A program made the translations under genes and the position numbers. Of a stretch of DNA of 64,000 nt, positions 38,401 through 54,959 are shown piece by piece. The notes under the pieces are model-generated. The model did no database searches. It was not told the DNA's origin and was given only the letters and a program-made list of their open reading frames with translations. This stretch comes from Auanema rhodensis (taxonomy: Eukaryota; Animalia; Nematoda). The first letter of the stretch is position 1. Each line of letters opens with the position of its first letter. The stretch spans positions 2,046,001-2,110,000 of the forward strand of contig OZ059900.1 in NCBI GenBank assembly GCA_964057225.1, given 5' to 3'.

Positions 38401-41400
38401 TTGGCTAAATCGCTCATATACATGATCAGAAGCATAGTTTTATTGTCTATGACAACAAAAGTCATCAATTAAACGCTAGTGATGTTTAAATACTGATTTT
38501 CGCTCAAATAGCATTACTACACTAAGTATGGTCGTTTTTATGCCTTTAACACCATATACTCACCGATTTTTGGTACAAAATCTGTAATACTCGTAAATTT
38601 TGATCATATTCGTTAAGATTTGAGAATCAAACACACAATAAACAAAATCAGTCTATTTTTATGAGCTTGCACTGATATATATTCATTTTGATCAAAAAAG
38701 GTCGAAAATAGAAAGAATTTTTGAATTTTCCGAGTTTTGAGTCCAATTGGGCTAAATCGCTCATATATATGATCAAAAGCATAGTTTCATTGTCTATAAC
38801 AACAAAAGTCATCAATTAAACGCTAGTGATGTTTAAATACTGAATTTCACTCAAATAGCATTACTACACTAAGTATGGTCGTTTTTATGCCTTTAACACC
38901 ATATACTCACCGATTTTTGGTACAAAATCTGTGATACTCGTAAATTTTGATCATATTCGGTGAGATTCGAGAATCAAACACACAATACACGAAATAAGTT
39001 TATTTTTACGAGTTTGCACTGATATTTATTCATTTTGATCAAAAAAGGTCGAAAATAGAAAGAATTTTTGAAATTTCCGAGTTTTGAGTCTAATTTGGCT
39101 AAATCGCTCATATATATGATCAAAAGCATAGTTTTATTGTCTATGACAACAAAAGTCATCAATTAAACGCTAGTGATGTTTAAATACTGAATTTCGCTCA
39201 AATAGCATTACTACACTAAGTATGGTCGTTTTTATGCCTTTAACACCATATACTCACCGATTTTTGGTACAAAATCTGTAATACTCGTAAATTTTGATCA
39301 TATTCGTTAAGATTTGAGAATCAAACATACAATACACAAAATCAGTCTATTTTTATGAGCTTGCACTGATATATATTCATTTTGATCAAAAAAGGTCGAA
39401 AATAGAAAGAATTTTTGAAATTTACGAGTTTTGAATCTAATTTGGCTAAATCGCTCATATATATGATCAAAAGCATAGTTTTACTGTCTATGATAACAAA
39501 AGTCTTCAAATATACACTAATAATGATTAAATCACTGAATTTCACTCAAATCGCATTACTACACTAAGTATGGTCGTTTTCATGCCTTTAACACCATATA
39601 CTCACCGATTTTTGGTACAAAATCTGTGATACTCGTAAATTTTGATCATATTCGGTGAGATTCGAGAATCAAACACACAATACACGAAATAAGTTTATTT
39701 TTACGAGTTTGCACTGATATTTATTCATTTTGATCAAAAAAGGTCGAAAATAGAAAGAATTTTTGAAATTTCCGAGTTTTGAGTCTAATTTGGCTAAATC
39801 GCTCATATATATGATCAAAAGCATAGTTTTATTGTCTATGACAACAAAAGTCATCAATTAAACGCTAGTGATGTTTAAATACTGAATTTCGCTCAAATAG
39901 CATTACTACACTAAGTATGGTTGTTTTTATGCCTTTAACACCATATACTCACCGATTTTTGCTACAAAATCTGTGATACTCGTAAATTTTGATCATATTC
40001 GGTGAGATTCGAGGATCGAACACACAATACACGAAATAAGTTTATTTTGACGAGTTTGCACTGATATTTATTCATTTTGATCAAAAAAGGTCGAAAATAG
40101 AAAGAATTTTTGAAATTTCCGAGTTTTGAGTCTAATTTGGCTAAATCGCTCATATACATGATCAGAAGCATAGTTTTATTGTCTATGACAACAAAAGTCA
40201 TCAATTAAACGCTAGTGATGTTTAAATACTGATTTTCGCTCAAATAGCATTACTACACTAAGTATGGTCGTTTTTATGCCTTTAACACCATATACTCACC
40301 GATTTTTGGTACAAAATCTGTAATACTCGTAAATTTTGATCATATTCGTTAAAATTTGAAAATCAAACACACAATAAACAAAATCAGTCTATTTTTATGA
40401 GCTTGCACTGATATATATTCATTTTGATCAAAAAAGGTCGAAAATAGAAAGAATTTTTGAAATTTACGAGTTTTGAGTCTAATTTGGCTAAATCGCTCAT
40501 ATATATGATCAAAAGCATAGTTTTACTGTCTATGATAACAAAAGTCTTCAAATATACACTAATAATGTGTAAATCACTGAATTTCACTCAAATGCATTAC
40601 TACACTAAGTATGGTCGTTTTTATGCCTTTAACACCATATACTCACCGATTTTTGGTACAAAATCTGTAATACTTGTAAATTTTGATCATATTCGTTAAG
40701 ATTCGAGAATCAAACACACAATACACGAAATAAGTTTATTTTCACGAGTTTGCACTGATATTTATTCATTTTGATCAAAAAAGGTCGAAAATAGAAAGAA
40801 TTTTTGAAATTTCCGAGTTTTGAGTCTAATTTGGCTAAATCGCTCATATACATGATCAGAAGCATAGTTTTATTGTCTATGACAACAAAAGTCATCAATT
40901 AAACGCTAGTGATGTTTAAATACTGATTTTCGCTCAAATAGCATTACTACACTAAGTATGGTCGTTTTTATGCCTTTAACACCATATACTCACCGATTTT
41001 TGGTACAAAATCTGTAATACTCGTAAATTTTGATCATATTCGGTGAGATTCGAGAATCAAACACACAATACACGAAATAAGTTTATTTTTACGAGTTTGC
41101 ACTGATATTTATTCATTTTGATCAAAAAAGGTCGAAAATAGAAAGAATTTTTGAAATTTCCGAGTTTTGAGTCTAATTTGGCTAAATCGCTCATATATAT
41201 GATCAAAAGCATAGTTTTATTGTCTATGACAACAAAAGTCATCAATTAAACGCTAGTGATGTTTAAATACTGAATTTCGCTCAAATAGCATTACTACACT
41301 AAGTATGGTCGTTTTTATGCCTTTAACACCATATACTCACCGATTTTTGGTACAAAATCTGTAATACTCGTAAATTTTGATCATATTCGTTAAGATTTGA

Positions 41401-42050
41401 GAATCAAACATACAATACACAAAATCAGTCTATTTTTATGAGCTTGCACTGATATATATTCATTTTGATCAAAAAAGGTCGAAAATAGAAAGAATTTTTG
41501 AAATTTACGAGTTTTGAGTCTAATTTGGCTAAATCGCTCATATATATGATCAAAAGCATAGTTTTACTGTCTATGATAACAAAAGTCTTCAAATATACAC
41601 TAATAATGTGTAAATCACTGAATTTCACTCAAATGCATTACTACACTAAGTATGGTCGTTTTTATGCCTTTAACACCATATACTCACCGATTTTTGGTAC
41701 AAAATCTGTAATACTTGTAAATTTTGATCATATTCGTTAAGATTCGAGAATCAAACACACAATACACGAAATAAGTTTATTTTTACGAGTTTGCACTGAT
41801 ATTTATTCATTTTGATCAAAAAAGGTCGAAAATAGAAAGAATTTTTGAAATTTCCGAGTTTTGAGTCTAATTTGGCTAAATCGCTCATATACATGATCAG
41901 AAGCATAGTTTTATTGTCTATGACAACAAAAGTCATCAATTAAACGCTAGTGATGTTTAAATACTGATTTTCGCTCAAATAGCATTACTACACTAAGTAT
42001 GGTCGTTTTTATGCCTTTAACACCATATACTCACCGATTTTTGGTACAAA
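35450..42050. repeat. Higher-order duplication with a 10-monomer period (3471 bp), boundaries approximate
   Basis: Private SNPs TTTGCTACAAAA (36491/39962) and TTTCACGAG (37272/40743) are both offset by 3471. Confidence 0.85.
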
Positions 42051-45000
42051 ATCTGTAATACTCGTAAATTTTGATCATATTCGGTGAGATTCGAGAATCA
42101 AACACACAATACACGAAATAAGTTTATTTTTACGAGTTTGCACTGATATTTATTCATTTTGATCAAAAAAGGTCGAAAATAGAAAGAATTTTTGAAATTT
42201 CCGAGTTTTGAGTCTAATTTGGCTAAATCGCTCATATATATGATCAAAAGCATAGTTTTATTGTCTATGACAACAAAAGTCATCAATTAAACGCTAGTGA
42301 TGTTTAAATACTGAATTTCGCTCAAATAGCATTACTACACTAAGTATGGTCGTTTTTATGCCTTTAACACCATATACTCACCGATTTTTGGTACAAAATC
42401 TGTAATACTCGTAAATTTTGATCATATTCGTTAAGATTTGAGAATCAAACATACAATACACAAAATCAGTCTATTTTTATGAGCTTGCACTGATATATAT
42501 TCATTTTGATCAAAAAAGGTCGAAAATAGAAAGAATTTTTGAAATTTACGAGTTTTGAATCTAATTTGGCTAAATCGCTCATATATATGATCAAAAGCAT
42601 AGTTTTACTGTCTATGATAACAAAAGTCTTCAAATATACACTAATAATGATTAAATCACTGAATTTCACTCAAATAGCATTACTACACTAAGTATGGTCG
42701 TTTTTATGCCTTTAACACCATATACTCACTGATTTTTGGTACAAAATCTGTGATACTCGTAAATTTTGATCATATTCGGTGAGATTCGAGAATCAAACAT
42801 ACAATACACAAAATCAGTCTATTTTTATGAGCTTGCACTGATATATATTCATTTTGATCAAAAAAGGTCGAAAATAGAAAGAATTTTTGAAATTTACGAG
42901 TTTTGAATCTAATTTGGCTAAATCGCTCATATATATGATCAAAAGCATAGTTTTACTGTCTATGATAACAAAAGTCTTCAAATATACACTAATAATGATT
43001 AAATCACTGAATTTCACTCAAATAGCATTACTACACTAAGTATGGTCGTTTTCATGCCTTTAACACCATATACTCATCGATTTTTGGTACAAAATCTGTG
43101 ATACTCGTAAATTTTGATCATATTCGGTGAGATTCGAGAATCAAACACACAATACACGAAATAAGTTTATTTTTACGAGTTTGCACTGATATTTATTCAT
43201 TTTGATCAAAAAAGGTCGAAAATAGAAAGAATTTTTGAAATTTCCGAGTTTTGAGTCTAATTTGGCTAAATCGCTCATATATATGATCAAAAGCATAGTT
43301 TTATTGTCTATGACAACAAAAATCATCAATTAAACGCTAGTGATGTTCAAATACTGAATTTCGCTCAAATAGCATTACTACACTAAGTATGGTCGTTTTT
43401 ATGCCTTTAACACCATATACTCACCGATTTTTGGTACAAAATCTGTGATACTCGTAAATTTTGATCATATTCGGTGAGATTCGAGGATCGAACACACAAT
43501 ACACGAAATAAGTTTATTTTGACGAGTTTGCACTGATATTTATTCATTTTGATCAAAAAAGGTCGAAAATAGAAAGAATTTTTGAAATTTCCGAGTTTTG
43601 AGTCTAATTTGGCTAAATCGCTCATATACATGATCAGAAGCATAGTTTTATTGTCTATGACAACAAAAGTCATCAATTAAACGCTAGTGATGTTTAAATA
43701 CTGATTTTCGCTCAAATAGCATTACTACACTAAGTATGGTCGTTTTTATGCCTTTAACACCATATACTCACCGATTTTTGGTACAAAATCTGTAATACTC
43801 GTAAATTTTGATCATATTCGTTAAAATTTGAAAATCAAACACACAATAAACAAAATCAGTCTATTTTTATGAGCTTGCACTGATATATATTCATTTTGAT
43901 CAAAAAAGGTCGAAAATAGAAAGAATTTTTGAAATTTACGAGTTTTGAGTCTAATTTGGCTAAATCGCTCATATATATGATCAAAAGCATAGTTTTACTG
44001 TCTATGATAACAAAAGTCTTCAAATATACACTAATAATGTGTAAATCACTGAATTTCACTCAAATGCATTACTACACTAAGTATGGTCGTTTTTATGCCT
44101 TTAACACCATATACTCACCGATTTTTGGTACAAAATCTGTAATACTTGTAAATTTTGATCATATTCGTTAAGATTCGAGAATCAAACACACAATACACGA
44201 AATAAGTTTATTTTTACGAGTTTGCACTGATATTTATTCATTTTGATCAAAAAAGGTCGAAAATAGAAAGAATTTTTGAAATTTCCGAGTTTTGAGTCTA
44301 ATTTGGCTAAATCGCTCATATACATGATCAGAAGCATAGTTTTATTGTCTATGACAACAAAAGTCATCAATTAAACGCTAGTGATGTTTAAATACTGATT
44401 TTCGCTCAAATAGCATTACTACACTAAGTATGGTCGTTTTTATGCCTTTAACACCATATACTCACCGATTTTTGGTACAAAATCTGTAATACTCGTAAAT
44501 TTTGATCATATTCGGTGAGATTCGAGAATCAAACACACAATACACGAAATAAGTTTATTTTTACGAGTTTGCACTGATATTTATTCATTTTGATCAAAAA
44601 AGGTCGAAAATAGAAAGAATTTTTGAAATTTCCGAGTTTTGAGTCTAATTTGGCTAAATCGCTCATATATATGATCAAAAGCATAGTTTTATCGTCTATG
44701 ACAACAAAAGTCATCGATTAAACGCTAGTGATGTTTAAATACTGAATTTCGCTCAAATAGCATTACTACACTAAGTATGGTCGTTTTTATGCCTTTAACA
44801 CCATATACTCACCGATTTTTGGTACAAAATCTGTAATACTCGTAAATTTTGATCATATTCGTTAAGATTTGAGAATCAAACATACAATACACAAAATCAG
44901 TCTATTTTTATGAGCTTGCACTGATATATATTCATTTTGATCAAAAAAGGTCGAAAATAGAAAGAATTTTTGAAATTTACGAGTTTTGAATCTAATTTGG

Positions 45001-45499
45001 CTAAATCGCTCATATATATGATCAAAAGCATAGTTTTACTGTCTATGATAACAAAAGTCTTCAAATATACACTAATAATGATTAAATCACTGAATTTCAC
45101 TCAAATAGCATTACTACACTAAGTATGGTCGTTTTTATGCCTTTAACACCATATACTCACCGATTTTTGGTACAAAATCTGTGATACTCGTAAATTTTGA
45201 TCATATTCGGTGAGATTCGAGGATCGAACACACAATACACGAAATAAGTTTATTTTGACGAGTTTGCACTGATATTTATTCATTTTGATCAAAAAAGGTC
45301 GAAAATAGAAAGAATTTTTGAAATTTCCGAGTTTTGAGTCTAATTTGGCTAAATCGCTCATATACATGATCAGAAGCATAGTTTTATTGTCTATGACAAC
45401 AAAAGTCATCAATTAAACGCTAGTGATGTTTAAATACTGATTTTCGCTCAAATAGCATTACTACACTAAGTATGGTCGTTTTTATGCCTTTAACACCAT

Positions 45500-48400
45500 A
45501 TACTCACCGATTTTTGGTACAAAATCTGTAATACTCGTAAATTTTGATCATATTCGTTAAGATTTGAAAATCAAACACACAATAAACAAAATCAGTCTAT
45601 TTTTATGAGCTTGCACTGATATATATTCATTTTGATCAAAAAAGGTCGAAAATAGAAAGAATTTTTGAAGTTTACGAGTTTTGAGTCTAATTTGGCTAAA
45701 TCGCTCATATATATGATCAAAAGCATAGTTTTACTGTCTATGATAACAAAAGTCTTCAAATATACACTAATAATGTGTAAATCACTGAATTTCACTCAAA
45801 TGCATTACTACACTAAGTATGGTCGTTTTTATGCCTTTAACACCATATACTCACCGATTTTTGGTACAAAATCTGTAATACTTGTAAATTTTGATCATAT
45901 TCGTTAAGATTCGAGAATCAAACACACAATACAGGAAATAAGTTTATTTTTACGAGTTTGCACTGATATTTATTCATTTTGATCAAAAAAGGTCGAAAAT
46001 AGAAAGAATTTTTGAAATTTCCGAGTTTTGAGTCTAATTTGGCTAAATCGCTCATATACATGATCAGAAGCATAGTTTTATTGTCTATGACAACAAAAGT
46101 CATCAATTAAACGCTAGTGATGTTTAAATACTGATTTTCGCTCAAATAGCATTACTACACTAAGTATGGTCGTTTTTATGCCTTTAACACCATATACTCA
46201 CCGATTTTTGGTACAAAATCTGTAATACTCGTAAATTTTGATCATATTCGTTAAGATTTGAGAATCAAACACACAATAAACAAAATCAGTCTATTTTTAT
46301 GAGCTTGCACTGATATATATTCATTTTGATCAAAAAAGGTCGAAAATAGAAAGAATTTTTGAATTTTCCGAGTTTTGAGTCCAATTGGGCTAAATCGCTC
46401 ATATATATGATCAAAAGCATAGTTTTATTGTCTATAACAACAAAAGTCATCAATTAAACGCTAGTGATGTTTAAATACTGAATTTCACTCAAATAGCATT
46501 ACTACACTAAGTATGGTCGTTTTTATGCCTTTAACACCATATACTCACCGATTTTTGGTACAAAATCTGTGATACTCGTAAATTTTGATCATATTCGGTG
46601 AGATTCGAGAATCAAACACACAATACACGAAATAAGTTTATTTTTACGAGTTTGCACTGATATTTATTCATTTTGATCAAAAAAGGTCGAAAATAGAAAG
46701 AATTTTTGAAATTTCCGAGTTTTGAGTCTAATTTGGCTAAATCGCTCATATATATGATCAAAAGCATAGTTTTATTGTCTATGACAACAAAAGTCATCAA
46801 TTAAACGCTAGTGATGTTTAAATACTGAATTTCGCTCAAATAGCATTACTACACTAAGTATGGTCGTTTTTATGCCTTTAACACCATATACTCACCGATT
46901 TTTGGTACAAAATCTGTAATACTCGTAAATTTTGATCATATTCGTTAAGATTTGAGAATCAAACATACAATACACAAAATCAGTCTATTTTTATGAGCTT
47001 GCACTGATATATATTCATTTTGATCAAAAAAGGTCGAAAATAGAAAGAATTTTTGAAATTTACGAGTTTTGAATCTAATTTGGCTAAATCGCTCATATGT
47101 ATGATCAAAAGCATAGTTTTACTGTCTATGATAACAAAAGTCTTCAAATATACACTAATAATGATTAAATCACTGAATTTCACTCAAATAGCATTACTAC
47201 ACTAAGTATGGTCGTTTTCATGCCTTTAACACCATATACTCACCGATTTTTGGTACACAATCTGTAATACTCGTAAATTTTGATCATATTCGTTAAAATT
47301 TAAAAATCAAACACACAATAAACAAAATCAGTCTATTTTTATGAGCTTGCACTGATATATATTCATTTTGATCAAAAAAGGTCGAAAATAGAAAGAATTT
47401 TTGAAATTTACGAGTTTTGAGTCTAATTTGGCTAAATCGCTCATATATATGATCAAAAGCATAGTTTTACTGTCTATGATAACAAAAGTCTTCAAATATA
47501 CACTAATAATGTGTAAATCACTGAATTTCACTCAAATGCATTACTACACTAAGTATGGTCGTTTTTATGCCTTTAACACCATATACTCACCGATTTTTGG
47601 TACAAAATCTGTGATACTCGTAAATTTTGATCATATTCGGTGAGATTCGAGGATCGAACACACAATACACGAAATAAGTTTATTTTGACGAGTTTGCACT
47701 GATATTTATTCATTTTGATCAAAAAAGGTCGAAAATAGAAAGAATTTTTGAAATTTCCGAGTTTTGAGTCTAATTTGGCTAAATCGCTCATATACATGAT
47801 CAGAAGCATAGTTTTATTGTCTATGACAACAAAAGTCATCAATTAAACGCTAGTGATGTTTAAATACTGATTTTCGCTCAAATAGCATTACTACACTAAG
47901 TATGGTCGTTTTTATGCCTTTAACACCATATACTCACCGATTTTTGGTACACAATCTGTAATACTCGTAAATTTTGATCATATTCGTTAAAATTTGAAAA
48001 TCAAACACACAATAAACAAAATCAGTCTATTTTTATGAGCTTGCACTGATATATATTCATTTTGATCAAAAAAGGTCGAAAATAGAAAGAATTTTTGAAA
48101 TTTACGAGTTTTGAGTCTAATTTGGCTAAATCGCTCATATACATGATCAGAAGCATAGTTTTATTGTCTATGACAACAAAAGTCATCAATTAAACGCTAG
48201 TGATGTTTAAATACTGATTTTCGCTCAAATAGCATTACTACACTAAGTATGGTCGTTTTTATGCCTTTAACACCATATACTCACCGATTTTTGGTACAAA
48301 ATCTGTAATACTCGTAAATTTTGATCATATTCGTTAAGATTTGAAAATCAAACACACAATAAACAAAATCAGTCTATTTTTATGAGCTTGCACTGATATA

Positions 48401-51050
48401 TATTCATTTTGATCAAAAAAGGTCGAAAATAGAAAGAATTTTTGAAGTTTACGAGTTTTGAGTCTAATTTGGCTAAATCGCTCATATATATGATCAAAAG
48501 CATAGTTTTACTGTCTATGATAACAAAAGTCTTCAAATATACACTAATAATGTGTAAATCACTGAATTTCACTCAAATGCATTACTACACTAAGTATGGT
48601 CGTTTTTATGCCTTTAACACCATATACTCACCGATTTTTGGTACAAAATCTGTAATACTTGTAAATTTTGATCATATTCGTTAAGATTCGAGAATCAAAC
48701 ACACAATACACGAAATAAGTTTATTTTTACGAGTTTGCACTGATATTTATTCATTTTGATCAAAAAAGGTCGAAAATAGAAAGAATTTTTGAAATTTCCG
48801 AGTTTTGAGTCTAATTTGGCTAAATCGCTCATATACATGATCAGAAGCATAGTTTTATTGTCTATGACAACAAAAGTCATCAATTAAACGCTAGTGATGT
48901 TTAAATACTGATTTTCGCTCAAATAGCATTACTACACTAAGTATGGTCGTTTTTATGCCTTTAACACCATATACTCACCGATTTTTGGTACAAAATCTGT
49001 AATACTCGTAAATTTTGATCATATTCGTTAAGATTTGAGAATCAAACACACAATAAACAAAATCAGTCTATTTTTATGAGCTTGCACTGATATATATTCA
49101 TTTTGATCAAAAAAGGTCGAAAATAGAAAGAATTTTTGAATTTTCCGAGTTTTGAGTCCAATTGGGCTAAATCGCTCATATATATGATCAAAAGCATAGT
49201 TTTATTGTCTATAACAACAAAAGTCATCAATTAAACGCTAGTGATGTTTAAATACTGAATTTCACTCAAATAGCATTACTACACTAAGTATGGTCGTTTT
49301 TATGCCTTTAACACCATATACTCACCGATTTTTGGTACAAAATCTGTGATACTCGTAAATTTTGATCATATTCGGTGAGATTCGAGAATCAAACACACAA
49401 TACACGAAATAAGTTTATTTTTACGAGTTTGCACTGATATTTATTCATTTTGATCAAAAAAGGTCGAAAATAGAAAGAATTTTTGAAATTTCCGAGTTTT
49501 GAGTCTAATTTGGCTAAATCGCTCATATATATGATCAAAAGCATAGTTTTATTGTCTATGACAACAAAAGTCATCAATTAAACGCTAGTGATGTTTAAAT
49601 ACTGAATTTCGCTCAAATAGCATTACTACACTAAGTATGGTCGTTTTTATGCCTTTAACACCATATACTCACCGATTTTTGGTACAAAATCTGTAATACT
49701 CGTAAATTTTGATCATATTCGTTAAGATTTGAGAATCAAACATACAATACACAAAATCAGTCTATTTTTATGAGCTTGCACTGATATATATTCATTTTGA
49801 TCAAAAAAGGTCGAAAATAGAAAGAATTTTTGAAATTTACGAGTTTTGAATCTAATTTGGCTAAATCGCTCATATGTATGATCAAAAGCATAGTTTTACT
49901 GTCTATGATAACAAAAGTCTTCAAATATACACTAATAATGATTAAATCACTGAATTTCACTCAAATAGCATTACTACACTAAGTATGGTCGTTTTCATGC
50001 CTTTAACACCATATACTCACCGATTTTTGGTACACAATCTGTAATACTCGTAAATTTTGATCATATTCGTTAAAATTTAAAAATCAAACACACAATAAAC
50101 AAAATCAGTCTATTTTTATGAGCTTGCACTGATATATATTCATTTTGATCAAAAAAGGTCGAAAATAGAAAGAATTTTTGAAATTTACGAGTTTTGAGTC
50201 TAATTTGGCTAAATCGCTCATATATATGATCAAAAGCATAGTTTTACTGTCTATGATAACAAAAGTCTTCAAATATACACTAATAATGTGTAAATCACTG
50301 AATTTCACTCAAATGCATTACTACACTAAGTATGGTCGTTTTTATGCCTTTAACACCATATACTCACCGATTTTTGGTACAAAATCTGTGATACTCGTAA
50401 ATTTTGATCATATTCGGTGAGATTCGAGGATCGAACACACAATACACGAAATAAGTTTATTTTGACGAGTTTGCACTGATATTTATTCATTTTGATCAAA
50501 AAAGGTCGAAAATAGAAAGAATTTTTGAAATTTCCGAGTTTTGAGTCTAATTTGGCTAAATCGCTCATATACATGATCAGAAGCATAGTTTTATTGTCTA
50601 TGACAACAAAAGTCATCAATTAAACGCTAGTGATGTTTAAATACTGATTTTCGCTCAAATAGCATTACTACACTAAGTATGGTCGTTTTTATGCCTTTAA
50701 CACCATATACTCACCGATTTTTGGTACACAATCTGTAATACTCGTAAATTTTGATCATATTCGTTAAAATTTGAAAATCAAACACACAATAAACAAAATC
50801 AGTCTATTTTTATGAGCTTGCACTGATATATATTCATTTTGATCAAAAAAGGTCGAAAATAGAAAGAATTTTTGAAATTTACGAGTTTTGAGTCTAATTT
50901 GGCTAAATCGCTCATATACATGATCAGAAGCATAGTTTTATTGTCTATGACAACAAAAGTCATCAATTAAACGCTAGTGATGTTTAAATACTGATTTTCG
51001 CTCAAATAGCATTACTACACTAAGTATGGTCGTTTTTATGCCTTTAACAC
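45500..51050. repeat. Higher-order tandem duplication of 8 monomers (2777 bp), boundaries approximate
   Basis: Private SNPs GAAGTTTAC (45670/48447), CATATGTATG (47099/49876) and AAAATTTAAAAATC (47301/50078) are all offset by 2777. Confidence 0.88.
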
Positions 51051-54000
51051 CATATACTCACCGATTTTTGGTACACAATCTGTAATACTCGTAAATTTTG
51101 ATCATATTCGTTAAAATTTGAAAATCAAACACACAATAAACAAAATCAGTCTATTTTTATGAGCTTGCACTGATATATATTCATTTTGATCAAAAAAGGT
51201 CGAAAATAGAAAGAATTTTTGAAATTTACGAGTTTTGAGTCTAATTTGGCTAAATCGCTCATATATATGATCAAAAGCATAGTTTTACTGTCTATGATAA
51301 CAAAAGTCTTCAAATATACACTAATAATGTGTAAATCACTGAATTTCACTCAAATGCATTACTACACTAAGTATGGTCGTTTTTATGCCTTTAACACCAT
51401 ATACTCACCGATTTTTGGTACAAAATCTGTAATACTTGTAAATTTTGATCATATTCGTTAAGATTCGAGAATCAAACACACAATACACGAAATAAGTTTA
51501 TTTTGACGAGCTTGCACTGATATATATTCATTTTGATCAAAAAAGGTCGAAAATAGAAAGAATTTTTGAAATTTACGAGTTTTGAGTCTAATTTGGCTAA
51601 ATCGCTCATATATATGATCAAAAGCATAGTTTTACTGTCTATGATAACAAAAGTCTTCAAATATACACTAATAATGTGTAAATCACTGAATTTCACTCAA
51701 ATGCATTACTACACTAAGTATGGTCGTTTTTATGCCTTTAACACCATATACTCACCGATTTTTGGTACAAAATCTGTAATACTTGTAAATTTTGATCATA
51801 TTCGTTAAGATTCGAGAATCAAACACACAATACACGAAATAAGTTTATTTTTACGAGTTTGCACTGATATTTATTCATTTTGATCAAAAAAGGTCGAAAA
51901 TAGAAAGAATTTTTGAAATTTCCGAGTTTTGAGTCTAATTTGGCTAAATCGCTCATATACATGATCAGAAGCATAGTTTTATTGTCTATGACAACAAAAG
52001 TCATCAATTAAACGCTAGTGATGTTTAAATACTGATTTTCGCTCAAATAGCATTACTACACTAAGTATGGTCGTTTTTATGCCTTTAACACCATATACTC
52101 ACCGATTTTTGGTACAAAATCTGTAATACTCGTAAATTTTGATCATATTCGTTAAGATTTGAAAATCAAACACACAATAAACAAAATCAGTCTATTTTTA
52201 TGAGTTTGCTCTGATATATATTCATTTTGATCAAAAAAGGTCGAAAATAGAAAGAATTTTCGAATTTTCCGAGTTTTGAGTCTAATTTGGCTAAATCGCT
52301 CATATATATGATCAGAAGCATAGTTTTATTGTATATGACAACAAAAGTCATTAGTTAAACACTAATGATGTTTAAATCACTAAATTTCGCTCAAATAGCA
52401 TTACTACACTAAGTATGGTCGTTTTTATGCCTTTAACACCATATACTCACCGATTTTTGGTACAAAATCTGTGATACTCGTAAATTTTGATCATATTCGT
52501 TAAAATTTGAAAATCAAACACACAATAAACAAAATCAGTCTATTTTTATGAGCTTGCACTGATATATATTCATTTTGATCAAAAAAGGTCGAAAATAGAA
52601 AGAATTTTTGAAATTTACGAGTTTTGAGTCTAATTTGGCTAAATCGCTCATATATATGATCAAAAGCATAGTTTTACTGTCTATGATAACAAAAGTCTTC
52701 AAATATACACTAATAATGTGTAAATCACTGAATTTCACTCAAATGCATTACTACACTAAGTATGGTCGTTTTTATGCCTTTAACACCATATACTCACCGA
52801 TTTTTGGTACAAAATCTGTGATACTCGTAAATTCTGATAATATTCGTTAAGATTCGAAAATCAAACACACAATAAACAAAATCAGTCTATTTTTATGAGT
52901 TTGCACTGATATATATTCATTTTGATCAAAAAAGGTCGAAAATAGAAAGAATTTTCGAATTTTCCGAGTTTTGAGTCTAATTTGGCTAAATCGCTCATAT
53001 ACATGATCAGAAGCATAGTTTTATTGTCTATGACAACAAAAGTCATCAATTAAACGCTAGTGATGTTTAAATACTGATTTTCGCTCAAATAGCATTACTA
53101 CACTAAGTATGGTCGTTTTTATGCCTTTAACACCATATACTCACCGATTTTTGGTACAAAATCTGTAATACTCGTAAATTTTGATCATATTCGTTAAGAT
53201 TTGAAAATCAAACACACAATAAACAAAATCAGTCTATTTTTATGAGTTTGCACTGATATATATTCATTTTGATCAAAAAAGGTCGAAAATAGAAAGAATT
53301 TTCGAATTTTCCGAGTTTTGAGTCTAATTTGGCTAAATCGCTCATATATATGATCAGAAGCATAGTTTTATTGTATATGACAACAAAAGTCATTAGTTAA
53401 ACACTAATGATGTTTAAATCACTAAATTTCGCTCAAATAGCATTACTACACTAAGTATGGTCGTTTTTATGCCTTTAACACCATATACTCACCGATTTTT
53501 GGTACAAAATCTGTGATACTCGTAAATTTTGATCATATTCGGTGAGATTTGAGAATCAAACACACAATACACGAAATAAGTCTATTTTTATGAGTTTGCA
53601 CTGATATTTATTCATTTTGATCAAAAAAGGTCGAAAATAGAAAGAATTTTTGAATTTTCCGAGTTTTGAGTCCAATTGGGCTAAATCGCTCATATATATG
53701 ATCAAAAGCATAGTTTTACTGTCTATGATAACAAAAGTCTTCAAATATACACTAATAATGATTTAATCACTGAATTTCACTCAAATAGCAATACTACACT
53801 AAGTATGGTCGTTTTTATGCCTTTAACACCATATACTCACCGATTTTTGGTACAAAATCTGTGATACTCGTAAATTCTGATCATATTCGGTGAGATTCGA
53901 GAATCAAACACACAATACACGAAATAAGTTTATTTTTACGAGTTTGCACTGATATTTATTCATTTTGATCAAAAAAGGTCGAAAATAGAAAGAATTTTTG

Positions 54001-54959
54001 AAATTTCCGAGTTTTGAGTCTAATTTGGCTAAATCGCTCATATATATGATCAAAGGCATAGTTTTACTGTCTATGATAACAAAAGTCTTCAAATATACAC
54101 TAATAATGTGTAAATCACTGAATTTCACTCAAATAGCATTACTACACTAAGTATGGTCGTTTTTATGCCTTTAACACCATATACTCACCGATTTTTGGTA
54201 CAAAATCTGTGATACTCGTAAATTTTGATCATATTCGGTGAGATTCGAGAATCAAACACACAATACACGAAATAAGTTTATTTTTACGAGTTTGCACTGA
54301 TATTTATTCATTTTGATCAAAAAAGGTCGAAAATAGAAAGAATTTTTGAAATTTCCGAGTTTTGAGTCTAATTTGGCTAAATCGCTCATATATATGATCA
54401 AAAGCATAGTTTTATTGTCTATGACAACAAAAGTCATCAATTAAACGCTAGTGATGTTTAAATACTGAATTTCGCTCAAATAGCATTACTACACTAAGTA
54501 TGGTCGTTTTTATGCCTTTAACACCATATACTCACCGATTTTTGGTACAAAATCTGTAATACTCGTAAATTTTGATCATATTCGTTAAGATTTGAGAATC
54601 AAACATACAATACACAAAATCAGTCTATTTTTATGAGCTTGCACTGATATATATTCATTTTGATCAAAAAAGGTCGAAAATAGAAAGAATTTTTGAAATT
54701 TACGAGTTTTGAATCTAATTTGGCTAAATCGCTCATATATATGATCAAAAGCATAGTTTTACTGTCTATGATAACAAAAGTCTTCAAATATACACTAATA
54801 ATGATTAAATCACTGAATTTCACTCAAATAGCATTACTACACTAAGTATGGTCGTTTTTATGCCTTTAACACCATATACTCACCGATTTTTGGTACAAAA
54901 TCTGTGATACTCGTAAATTTTGATCATATTCGGTGAGATTCGAGAATCAAACACACAAT